In this document: positions 52,033 through 64,000 of the stretch, piece after piece | Position numbering within the stretch: the stretch's first letter is position 1 | How the letters are laid out: every line of letters begins with the position of its first letter | DNA from: Tubulanus polymorphus | Lineage: Eukaryota > Animalia > Nemertea | Assembly: GCF_964204645.1 (NCBI RefSeq) | Contig: NC_134029.1 | Location: 4,340,001-4,404,000, forward strand | Direction of reading: 5' to 3' | Length of the DNA stretch: 64,000 bases | The notes under the pieces: model-generated | Told to the model about the DNA's origin: nothing | Seen by the model: the letters and a program-made list of their open reading frames with translations, nothing else | The model's database searches: none | Program-made: the position numbers and the translations under genes

Positions 52033-53941
52033 ATGATGAACAAAATGGATACAACTCCAGTTAAGGTATCAGAGAAATCTATTTATACGGTAAGCACCAT
52101 TTAATTCTTATTTTTCAAACTTTGAATCGACACGCAAAAAGTCGAACCACACTTGAAGCTTCTTCAAGTTCAAACATATTTTCAACTTTAAGTTCGGGCC
52201 AGGGGGTGGGTGGGGCGCCCCATTGTTTTTCGGTCGAGCGACCTTGGAATTTTTTCCCCGATAAAAAAGAGAATGGTGAAATTGTGAGCATATTTCATAC
52301 CTAATTTCAACCGAGAATTTCACTCAGAATGGCGAGAATGCTTCTAAATGCACCTAATTTTTCAAAGTTTTTCTGGTGGAAGACCCCCAGAAAACCGCTT
52401 GCGCTCGTTGATGACGGCGGCTGGGCCGTTATCTACGGGCCACAAACTCGTGTTGACTTAACATCCATGTGTGCGGCCCCCTTTCCCAATATCCGTAGCG
52501 CCCCCTTTTCCCAGATCCGTCGCGGCCCCTTTTCTCAGATCCAGATTCCGGGTGATCCGTTCCTGCTCACCGTGCACGTTTTACCCACTTGAAGTCAATC
52601 ACTATCGAAGTCTGAAGTCTATCACTTTTTTGCTCACTAATTTATTTCTTCGAATATTTTCAGACGCCTCGTCGTATCAATAGTATGAGAGATATTTGGG
52701 AGAGGAACAAAGTCAGAAGAATCCTTTTTGGTAAGATTTTTGGTTTAGACTTATCTCCACCAAAGAGACTAATACGTAAACTGCTTTATGTTTTATGATT
52801 TTTTCAACAAAATTTCACTCAAATTATCTTTTGATTCCACAGGCACGAATGAAAAAAGTGTCAATACTGTTCCGAAAGTTACCTCCTCGGAACCTGCGAT
52901 TCTTCCGACCGATTCTTCCAGTGTTTTCCCGCGTGCGGATGTTACGAAAGCTTCCGGAGAAGCAGCCGACTTCGACAAACCAAAACAAACAATCAAACAA
53001 TCTATACCTTTCGTCGAATTCATCAAAGTCTCCAAAAAATTGAAGAAAGATGTAACATCAAAGTGCCGATCTTTCCTGCCATCTTGGAACCGAAATTCCA
53101 AATTACTGAAAGATTTCGTCCATCGTGATGGAACGAAGGTACAACTGGACAAGAAAGATTTGGCGATTAACGGTTCACCATACCGTACAGTGCGTTATGA
53201 AAATGATGGTTGGATGTTCAGCGGAACGTTGAAGAAACTTCCCGTTAACGTCGTACTTTTAAATAAGACACGGCTCAATCTTAAAGAGGTGTTGAAAGAA
53301 GCTATATTCCTGCGTGAAATATCAAAATCGAAACTAATCCCGAAATGTTACGGTATCTATCCGATTGCCGAAAATACGGATTTCGTTAACTGGTGCCTGG
53401 TACTGGAAAAAGTTGACGGAGTGAAACTTCGATTCTTGAAGAAGAACACGTATTCCTCGGGTTCACTGGAAAAAGATTATTTAAAATGGAATCATTTCGT
53501 CCATAAACTGAAGCAGGATATTGTTCAGCTTAGTAAAAGTTCAGGTAGGTCGAATACCGCGCGTAATGATAATTCGTTCCACTTTTCGTCGGTAAAATAT
53601 TTATGAAAATGTCTCTATTTTCAGGTAAATTAGCGGTGGCCAGCGCTGATGACGTAGTTCTGGTCAAAACCGACGACAATGAGATACAAGCGAAAATACT
53701 GAAAGTGAAATATCTGGACACGGATTTGAACATCATACGTGAGATTTTAGACCACCGACGAATAGATCGACATGTCGTATTGCTCGGTTCGATCGTCAAA
53801 CAGTTATATTCGAAATTAGGAGAGGAAATCGTCTCGTGGTTGGCGAACGTAGTCGCGGATCATTGTTTGCTGGAAGATGTACTTCCATCTTTAGAATACA
53901 TCAGTCGTGCAGTGGATAATTTGATTGAATTCTTCCTGTAA
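52033..53941 (+). CDS. Degenerate protein-kinase-fold protein (pseudokinase); exons about 52033-52089, 52664-52730, 52843-53544, 53625-53941; start uncertain
   Basis: In-frame GT-AG splicing. FSGTLKKLPVNVVLL...EVLKEAIFLREI...IPKCYGI...CLVLEKVDGVKLRFL follows tyrosine-kinase subdomains I-V, but VAVK, HRD and DFG are absent. Confidence 0.55.
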
Positions 53942-54994
53942 ATACGAACTGGACAGTTTCACACGTGTATATAGAAACTTAAGTTACGTTTCTTTCGTTA
54001 AATTTTACATTATCAATGTACTGAAAAAAAAACATCTGATACGCACGCCGCGTGTGATCGTTCAGTGTCAAGGTCGACCTACGACTCGATTCCAACGTTG
54101 TCGATGACGCGTTACAGTCGGGTCTGAGGTTGATCACCCAGTACCGGTAAAACTATTGCAACCACTATCGATGTTTTGAAGAACCTCTATGGTGGGTGCT
54201 ATCAATCAGAAATATCTGAATTGACAAACTATGTCGAAAACTTGTTAAAGTGATAATGTTTGAGAAATTATTCCAAAGATTATGTACTCAATATTTCATA
54301 TTCCAACAAACATAATGTTCTTTAATTTTTGATTCGGGAATCCATTTCTATTGGTGGATTCGGTGCTAAGTGAAATCATCTTAAGTAGTTTTGTTCAATA
54401 TATATAATTCACTAAAGGTGCTTCAAAGCCAGTCATTTTGTAAATAATAACCCCTACTGCTGATCTTTTAATTCTACACTATATATCGTTATTAAATGAT
54501 TTACATCAATTTGAAAACAATTATTTGTTTTCTTTTTTTTCTGTGAGAGAAATTGTTGTATTTTACCTCATGGAGACGACTGAGGCTACTTAAAAGGACC
54601 GCCCGCTGGAACATTAAAAGTAGACCATGGACGTAGCACTATAGATTTTCTAAGGTTGGGAGCTGGAAAGAATTAATCAAGTGGAACTATATGCCATCGC
54701 CAAGTCTTGATTTTTGAAATTTGAAGCTTGCGATTCTGGACTAGTGAAAGGCAGAATGTTTGGAAATTTCCGCGGAATATGCACCCCCGACCCCATCGAG
54801 TCTGACGCCTGTTTGTCCGATTGGACCGAGTTAAACAAAAAACAACTTTTGGATTTTAGGGATTAGAGGAAATTCCAAAGGACTCTGATGCAAAAAGAAA
54901 ACGATTATCACTGTGATGATTGAAACGACAATTATATTGGGATTTTGAGAAACAGGTGAAGGGCACGAAATGTCGGGTGTAGCGACATTTCATT

Positions 54995-55090
54995 TCTGAA
55001 AACGATGGGATTCGAACCTGCATTTGATAGTGAGTCAGCCGGGAGATAACAGTGAGCTGGTGAGGTGCATTTAGAATCAACCCCAAAAGC
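54995..55090 (-). other. tRNA-like B-box element (possible tRNA-derived SINE head or decayed tRNA)
   Basis: Minus strand gcaGGTTCGAATCCcatc is a perfect Pol III B-box. No convincing cloverleaf or A-box. Confidence 0.3.
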
Positions 55091-55178
55091 GATGACGTAG
55101 AAAACACGGACATAAAAAATATTTACAAATTTCACGACAATTTTCGACATTATTCATCATATAGAAAACATTCGGATA

Positions 55179-58100
55179 ATGGAAAACGCTCCACAGAAAC
55201 TATCATGTTTCCAGATCCCTCCTCATGTCCTGGATGATCTGTGCAGGTTGGTAGATCGATTCCGTTTAGGCCATAACAAACCTTGTTCCGACGGAGGAGG
55301 CTGGAGCGAAAGGACGGGTCCGTGAACACTATTCAAAACACTTAGAATTTTTAAAAGGAAGCTTCAAACCATCGGTCTCCATGTCAGTTACGTTCCATTT
55401 CTTTGGATTGCTAACGAATTCTTAGTCAATTCTGAAAATGGTTTCAAAATGACGGCTCTTGAATATATAGTATCACTTTCAAATTTTCAGTCGATTTATC
55501 ATCAATGTTCCTGAGGAAGAGCGTCAGGATTTCATTCGGATATTCTTTCAAATAGAACTGGCTCATTGGTTCTATCTTGATTTCTACTGTCAGGACTGCA
55601 AAGAACTGAAACCATGCGGAATCAAAGATTTTTCATCACAAGGTAGTGCTCTAAAATATTTAACTGCGTCACTACAGGGATACGTCTCTTGATCTTTTCT
55701 TAGTTTTCTTTTCTGTTTTGTTGAAAGTTTTCAGACATTGTCCATTCCTGAAAGTGCATTCCGACAGAGTTGGGAAAATATTCGAAGATTGGAGGGAATA
55801 CAAAATGGCAGTTCCCACATATGGTGCTATTATGATCAACCCTTCGCTTACAAAGGTACACCGCAACTTTTGTTTAGGCCTATTGGAAGAGAATCTGAAA
55901 GATATCAAAGAATCTATTTTAACTGCAGCTTGTCGAGACTATTTGAAATCTCGGGAATTTTGATAACATGTGCCCTTAGAGATGGGCTCATCCACAGGTG
56001 ACAAGAACTATAAGAAGCGAACAAATATTTAGTTTAGTTCTCAAAGTTTGGTACATTTACCCTACCGTTCCATATGAAACTACTTTAAGGACAATCTTCA
56101 TTTATTCACGTAAAGATATGCAAACTGATAAATTTTCGTGACCAGACACTATGTAATTTATGAGAAGTTCTGTGACAAACATTCCGCTAATTGTGATATG
56201 ATTACCTTGAAGGTGGTGCTCGTGCAAGGATTCTGGGCGAAGTCCAGTTGGATGTTTCCGAAAGGCAAAGTGAATGAAGATGAAGCCGAAGCTGATTGCG
56301 CTGTTCGTGAGGTAGGCCTAATCTAAAAAAAAGTATCCACGGAGGTTTCCGTTGATATTTTAGTCACTTTCTTCCTGCTGTGTACATAATGCTTATGATC
56401 GCATACATAAGGAGACTCGGTTCATTAACGTAAAGAATGTTGTCACGTTGAAAAAGCGCATAGCTACAAAACCTGTGTAGCAAATTAAGTTGTTATCATT
56501 CGTGAAGTAGTTTATTCAGTGTCCCTTTAACTCCTTGATTCCTTAAAACCTTCTTCAAAATGGGATATAAAAGTGGTGCATAGGCCTATGCCTCCTCGAA
56601 AGTTGAAATTTTCTCCTTTAAAACTCCTTACGTCCAGGAACGACTGATCTGTAGGGATCCCGTATATGCTTTCTTTGTTATCTATTTACGAGGTTTATGA
56701 AGAGACTGGATTCAGCATACGCGATTTGATTAATGAAAAAGACTTCATCGAACACAGAATGAATGAACAACTTATCAGATTGTACTTGGTACCGGGAGTT
56801 CCTGAGGATACAAAGTTCGAACCGCGAACGAGAAAAGAAATAAAGGTCAGTTGCGCATTTTAATTGATTCATTTTACATGTAAATAATACCCTACTTGAA
56901 ATTTGAAATTACGAACAAACCAAATTTTCCTATTTTATAGAGAATTGAATGGTTCACGATAGATCATTTACCGGTGCACAAAAAAGATTTGACGCCAAAA
57001 ACAACGATCGGTTTGACGCCAAATCAGTTCTTTATGGTTTTGCCATTTGTCAAGTAAGTATTTTGATAAATGTATGACAACAGTTGATATAAATTCAACT
57101 GCAGGGGTTAGATTGATGCGAAGGACGGTAGTCTGAATTAAAAAATTGTGAAGAAATCACGAAAATCGTGGATATGTTTGAAAAATTGAAGAAAAATTGC
57201 TCCAAATTTCTTCATCCCCTTTTTAAGCCCTCGTACAGAGGAGATCAGATTTTATGCACAAGTTGTGTTCAAGATTGAGAAGTTTTATTTTGATATGTGC
57301 ACATTTTCATCAGTAACTTACGTCGTTGTACATAAGTAGGCCTACCTTGATGTGAAAAAAATGTAAAAATCGTTGAATTTTGTTGAAAATGTGGATAAAA
57401 AGCCAATTGTAAGAATCGGAAATAATGTTTCACGCCAGAGTTCATCAATGTGATCCCTGCGATTGTGAAGATTTTTCTGATCGCTTTTTTTATTGTAGGA
57501 CGCTGCGGCGATTCATAGCGAAACGACTCGGTAACCTGCATGACGGCAATAGCGACGGGAACGGATACAAAACCAGTCGAAAAAAGAGTAAGGACGACAG
57601 CTGCAGCGACAGTCAAATACAACAGCAGCAACAACTGAAGCAGGAGATGGCTCAGTACGAACAGGACAACATGGCAAAACAACGTCTCAGACAACAGCAA
57701 CTATTCGCCGAAAAACAGAAGAAAGGTTTAATAAAACTCGTCGGACATTTGACGCCTGGGTATAGCCACCAGCAGCAGCAGCAACAGCATCAGCAGCTGA
57801 TTTCATCACCTCGTAAACCCGGTCATCAGTCGACTGCTGAGTCACCGTTTAAAATACAGTTAAACCACGAAATCAGCGCGACGCACGTGTCAGGCCACCA
57901 CAGCAACAACACGCCATCCACATTCAATCCTTCAGATCACAATCAACAATTCCGAATTCTTGTAAGTGATCGATGGAACTACGATCCACGATGAAACATG
58001 ATCTCTCCGTGTTGTACCGATTATAGCGTAGAAAATCCAACGCTAAGAATTAAAAATAAGAGTCAAAAATGTTTAAAGATGACGACTATATGTATTTGGA

Positions 58101-59017
58101 TGCTGTAGTCAAAACGTTGAATAAACTGCTAGCTCAAGGAACGTTTTTGGAGTGTTCATTCTTAGTGCGGTTTTTTCAAATGTTATGCTCGTAAGCAATT
58201 TCCTTTCAATGAAATGTCATTGGCAGTAGCAGAATTTTACGATATAAGGACGGAATTAAGAAGTTGATTCGTTTTTGGCTTTTATTTTCAGAAGCGTGAT
58301 GGCACTGTTACACAACAGAGACGAAATCGTGCGAATCACATGACAGGTAAATTGAAAAAAAGAATCTGATGATTTTTGAGTAAAACGTGTAATTTCCAAT
58401 GCAGGGTCCCTACAACTCCTTGAATCTTTGAAAACTCCTTGACTTTTGAAAATATTTTTCAAGGTCCTTGAAAATCCTTTAATTTTGAGAAATATCCATA
58501 AACTCCTTGAAACTCCTTAAATTCTGGGAAAGTCCTATTAAAAATTTTCAAAAGGTCCTTTTCAAAAGACAGTGTATTCTATTATTCTTCACGGTGTGAC
58601 TTGTGAATGAAAGTTGTTTCACTTTGAGATTTAGACATGTAAAACCAAAACGGCACACACAACAACTGATCAAAATTTGAGAAAAACGGGGATTTTGTTT
58701 TTGAATTTTCGACTTTTTTTTCCTTATATATGACCGCAAAAACCTCCTTGAATTTTGAAAATTACTCCTTAAAAAGTCCTTGAATTCTGGATACCAGGAA
58801 TTGTAGGAACATTGCTATGTATTTTCCTATTTATGGACCATGGCGTGTGAATATCAAAAGATCTGAATTTTGCTTCCTAGATTCGTCCGAAGATGAACGC
58901 GGGTTGATTCGTAAGAAACTGCCTCCACAATCACGTCTGCGTAAAGACGACATACATTCAGAGACGTGGCTGAATTTTAGTCTCGACGTCGCCGCGATCA
59001 TGTCATGTTTCAATTAA
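55179..59017 (+). CDS. DCP2: mRNA-decapping enzyme 2 (Box A plus Nudix domain, poly-Q C-terminal region)
   Basis: Exons encode [56 protein letters not shown], Nudix box [48 protein letters not shown], and a terminal WLNFSLD motif. Confidence 0.96.
58402..58813. mobile_element. Intronic MITE with internal ctccttgaa repeats
   Basis: cagggtccctacaactcc ... ggaattgtaggaacattg imperfect inverted termini and many aaaactccttgaa subrepeats. Confidence 0.6.
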
Positions 59018-59063
59018 ACCCCGAGCGTAGATGAACCGTCGGACCTAGTGCAGACGCTGCCCA

Positions 59064-59294
59064 TAGCCGCATTCACACTATCGCTAAAGTTTCTATTCAC
59101 ACACAGAGAAATGGTACGTTCTAAAATTTTCGGTGGATCGGCTGGTTTTTTTTCGGTCTAAATTAGTCCGTTTTAACAGAACATGGAACCGACCAATTTC
59201 GAACGGACTTTCGCTAGGGTGAACGCTTGCTCCGTTGTTAATTGGAACGGAATAGATTTAGACCTTCTGAATAACGTAGTGTGAAAGTGGCTTA
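59064..59294. mobile_element. MITE in DCP2 3' region
   Basis: agccgcattcacacta ... tagtgtgaaagtggct imperfect inverted termini. Confidence 0.5.
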
Positions 59295-59865
59295 TGGTAA
59301 CGCGGATTTTGGACGGCTTAATTAGCTGTATATCGTGTGTGATTCATGAATGCATTTTATTTATCTTTATATGTTTTTATTTCGGAAATGTTTTATAGCA
59401 AAAGCGAAAATACAATAACAGTGAACTATCTAAACAAATGCGTTCTTTTCCTTGTCTTCAAATGATTGATCCCCTCGTTTTCCAGTACCTGTAGACTTGG
59501 TAGAAACCCTGACACGATAGTGACCTCTGTTGCCTATTGACATATTGTAGACATTTAGTCCTGGTCGTTTACTACGAAATAAAGACCGCAAAACAAACGC
59601 CACCAAAAATCTCGGTAGCACCAACGCGTACTCGTTACTCATTAAACTTAAGTGAGCGAAACAATTAACGTGACCAGTGCTCAACTGACTGGAACTTGTT
59701 GGCTATCAACTATCCTAACTAATTAATCTGGATTTTACGGTTGTTGGAACTTAGTCAATTAACGTGTGGTGTAATGCTGAAACTCGTAGCAAGACGTGTT
59801 CAGTTTTTGAAGAAGGCGTGATAGATATACACGCGTAACGCTGGCTCATAATAGGTTTTAAGGAA

Positions 59866-61107
59866 ATGTATAAGTTTCACTGTGCCATCATTCTCATTTT
59901 AATGGCTGTGTCATGTAAAGGTAAATACGTTTCAAGTTTAAGTATTTTTGGAGACCATCATGGTCCTCAATTTCAATACAATGAATCTGAAAAATGTGAA
60001 TACATTCACATTTTTCAGATTGGTTTCAGATTTTTTGGACGTTAAGGTGAGGATATGATAAGAAAACGTGTTCTACTAAAGTGCTTATTGATATCACAAT
60101 TTTCCTACGTTTAACTTAGCGCAATTATAGCAATAACTGCTATAAGGTCAAACTAAATCATATAAATGTTTAGGTCCTTTTTATACATCGTTTCATACCT
60201 ATGAAACAATACCTAATTCAGGAATTCTTTCTCATTCTGTGTACTCAATAACTGAATAGATTTATGGATATCTACCATAATAGAGTTTTAAAAATCCATA
60301 TATAGAAATAGCATTTTAAAGATATTAGATTGTACATGTATATATATGCGATTGAACTAGCAATGAACCCAGTAATGCTTAAGTATATTTGAATGAATAG
60401 ATTAATTTGCTTTTAGAGCCTGAAACCGTCTAAAATCAGAAATGGTGGACGTTTTCTTTCCATAACTAAGCATGTGAAGGAATGAATTGAATACTGTGTC
60501 ACAGTGTCTGATATTTGCCTAGAAATACCTTGGCCTAAATAGATTGACTGGTCTTAATTCATTTTTCATAGGGATTAATGAGCTAGCACACCATGCTAAG
60601 ACAGAGTACGATTGTTTTGAAGGAGTTTGTTTCGACATCTTAAAAAAATGCCCCCCGCTGAAACCAGTAAAATGTCCAGGTCTTTGTTTGGTAAGTACTA
60701 AAATACTCTTCCTTTACGTCGTACTGGTCAGCTCGTACGTAGAACTCGAGAAGTTTAGTCGATTTTGATCTTTGATTCCCAACGAAACTATTTCTCTCTT
60801 TCACCTACAGAAATATTACTTTGAATTCAACGCTTCGGACGCGTACGTGAAAAAATGTGCCAATAACGAAGGGGCGGATTCGTGTCCGGCTCAACAAACC
60901 GATTATGCCGCTACGTCAGAGGATATCGAGTCTATTTCAACGTTAATTGGTTCGGTCGGTGAAATAGAGTATGTGATGAAAACATGCTGCGCTGATCAAA
61001 TGTACTGTAATTCTGTGGAAATTCTCTATTTCTCGAGAAGAAATATTCTAACGCTTATTTTGATAGGTATGGGTATATCAGGACTCAGTACCGCTGTTAT
61101 CATTTAA
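59866..61107 (+). CDS. GPI-anchored Ly6/uPAR (three-finger) protein, copy 1; exons 59866-59920, 60572-60690, 60811-61107
   Basis: Signal peptide MYKFHCAIILILMAVSCKG, 10 Cys ending in CC-x5-CN, hydrophobic C-terminal tail, three-exon layout typical of LU genes. Confidence 0.8.
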
Positions 61108-61884
61108 AAGTATACAAAGCTTTTAAAGATTTGATTTCTACCGCGAACTACGAACTTTACTTAAATGTTTGATGCTCATCAAAAGTGATATAATGCTTGA
61201 TTTAATGTATATTTATTTATTTGTTTCAAATGATATGTAAGAATTAACCTATATTTCTACTTGTACAAATATATACGTGTCATATACGTAGATTTTAAGA
61301 TGCCTGGTTTTCTGAATTGCTTTTCTCAAAACGTCGCTTATTTTCCGGTGAAAACCATGACAAGAAGGACGACACATAATACAGTAGAACTCACTTAATT
61401 CGGATCACCTAGTATTGCAAAGTTTTGTCCGAATTAAACGAAATCCGAATTATGTCCTCTCGTTTGAATAGAAATTACCTAGAGGGGGACTGAAATTTTG
61501 TTCCCAAATAAGTGAAAATCCGAATAAAACCGATCCGAATTAGGCGAATTATACTGTATACAAGCTAAGTCTTAAGGTGGAAAGGTTCACTTGATGTAAA
61601 AACCTCTTATAAATGTGAAACCATTGATCTTAGTACATATTTTGTTAGAATGTGCAGTGTTGCACGAACAGGTTTGAGCTCTTAGGTTCTGTATTATAGA
61701 AAATTACTATGTCTATCCTTAATTGTGAAAGTTGTAAGATGACCTCGACTAATCACACAAAGAGTGCAAGTTTTAAGTGATCGGAGAAAGATTGTACTCA
61801 TAATGAATAGATTTTAAGAACTAGACTGGTAGGCCCTACATTCATATTCGAAGAAAGAAGAAAGACACTTTCCATGCGTATAGA

Positions 61885-62630
61885 ATGCTGTCTTACAGTA
61901 TTACGGAAATATCGAAGCTTATTTGTATCATCACGTTCGCTTTAATAGCTTTATTATGTAAAGGTAAATTAAATTTAGGACATTTCGAAAATGTATTTTG
62001 ATATTTGAACAAGTCTATTCATCGATTTGAGGATCTATACGTTTTGATAGGTAATCCACAAGCACATACTCTTTCGCCGGAGTATTATTGTTATGAAGGG
62101 GTTTGTGTCGATGTCGTCAAGAAATGTCCCCCACTGGAATCAGTGAAGTGTCCTGGACTGTGTTTGGTAAGTCGTGTTCATACTTTCGAGCAAACTCATT
62201 ACTTTCTCTTTCAACATGGGAAAACCGTCCAGGTCTTCCGATTTCTTCGATTCATCATTTAGCGTCTGGTCCAAACGCTACCGAGTTAGACCATGGCTCT
62301 AAAACAAGCTGTTCAAATGTATTTGTTAAATTACAGAAATACTATTTCAAACTCAACGCCTCGGATGCATATGTGAAAAAATGCGCCAATAACGAAGGGG
62401 TGGATTCGTGTCCGGCTCAACAAACCGATTATGCTGCTACGTCAGAGGATATCCAGTCTATTTCAACGTCCATTGGTTCTGAGTATGAAATAATGAACGC
62501 GATGAAAATATGCTGTGTTGATGGAAAGAACTGCAATTCTGTGGAAAAACTCAATTCTTCGATAAGAAGTATCTTAATGTTTGTTTTGATAGGCTTGGGT
62601 TTTTCTGGACTTTCATTGAAGTTTTTCTGA
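61885..62630 (+). CDS. GPI-anchored Ly6/uPAR (three-finger) protein, copy 2; exons 61885-61963, about 62051-62166, about 62338-62630
   Basis: MLSYSITEISKLICIITFALIALLCK|GNPQAHTLSPEYYCYEGVCVDVVKKCPPLESVKCPGLCL|KYYFKLN...CCVDGKNCNS...hydrophobic tail; tandem paralog of copy 1. Confidence 0.8.
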
Positions 62631-64000
62631 ATTCAGTAATTATCATGGACGTCAAGAATCCGTCCTCCCTCTCGGCCGGGATCCGAATCTGACAATCACT
62701 ATAAATCTATTCATGCGCACGTGATGAAATTATGCAAACCAGAGGAATTTATTGCAAATAATGAATTGTAGTTAATCCATGTTTAATTTGATAATGCTAA
62801 TCAATTGTATTATTCATATTATGTCAAAATCAATGTATTTGTTTTTTCCGTTACTTTACCCGTAGAAATATCTACAGGATTACAGTCATGTACACGTGTA
62901 TCAACACATGTATCTATGTATATTGTCTCTATGTTTTCATTAATTCGAATAATTCCAAAATACCTAGTAAAATTGGTAGCTCATTTTCACTCGTCACAGA
63001 CGTCATATGTTGCAACAGCAGAGGAATTGACACTGTTGATATGTGTGTTAAAATAAGGGTGAACGAGCTCTCCATCATTTCTCCGAATAACATGTAGTCA
63101 CCATTTGTCCTGATGAATCTGCAAATAAAGAGTTCACGACCCGAATATAGCTGAATATAGCTGCAAGTATATTGTCTACTATCAGCCACTTTGAATGAAG
63201 TATCTTCTATCTATTCAAATGCCGTTATCGGTAAAACGATTTTTCAATTTGGATTTAATGGGTTTTTAATCATTTTACGTCTGGACATGAATGCATGCTT
63301 TAATCGTGTTACAAGTAATACACGCGCCAATACTTCTAACAAAATCTACATTAAGTTTGAATCCAGTCCGCATCAATGAAGGTTGTTTGTGTGGCCAGTA
63401 TAAATTAATCGAATCATATCCATCGTTGTGATGTTTTAATGCATGTTTTTGACGCCGTCAAAACCGATACGATAATGGATAATGGATTTATACATTGATA
63501 ACTGCTAAGCGTTATTTAAGGGCTACTGTGTGAGTCGATGTCATCAATATTGGTGTTTCAAGATAACAATTACGATTGTAAATTTTGGCGTTCATTTTGT
63601 AATTGATGACTCATTTTGCGATATCAAGACATATCAAGACCCAACATTCTAATACATCTCCCTCCATAAACGGAAGAATTATATCTAAGCCCCCAGCTTT
63701 ATCATATTCTTCGATGACTTTGCAATACCCAACGTCAATGTCGTAATCCATCATCAGGACCCATCAAATTTGCATTAAATCCATTTTTCTACTCAGATAT
63801 CAGTATAGTTTTCATGAATAATAGTGATCTATTTATGAAATAGTTCATTCAGTTTTGACAGAAATCTAACTGAAAAGAAGACTGAGTAACTACCAGCAAA
63901 CTTGGTGGATCCTCACATGCCATCAGTGGAATCCTCGATTGCCCACAGGGTGGGAGGTTCTTCATTTTGTAGACTGGTTGCCTGTCTCAGTCAATGTTCT

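Overview
AT-rich, intron-containing animal genomic DNA with compact GT-AG introns. It looks like a marine invertebrate, probably lophotrochozoan (inference). From 5' to 3': (1) the 3' part of a PAN/apple-repeat gene; (2) a ~14 kb cluster of a six-exon gene for a secreted astacin-fold protein that has lost every zinc ligand, the catalytic Glu, the Met-turn and the propeptide, present as three intact copies (two forming a large inverted repeat) and two broken copies; (3) a repeat-rich interval with LINE and Penelope remnants, MITEs, a structured 70-bp minisatellite and a spliced, probably non-coding minus-strand transcript; (4) a complete multi-exon DENND4/Crag-type Rab GEF gene; (5) a secretin/adhesion-class GPCR preceded by a pseudogenised 7TM duplicate; (6) a strongly degenerate pseudokinase; (7) DCP2; (8) two tandem GPI-anchored Ly6/three-finger genes. 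The best candidate for an undescribed system is the pseudo-astacin family, which the ORF track shows only as fragments. All gene models were spliced by eye and no database search was run.
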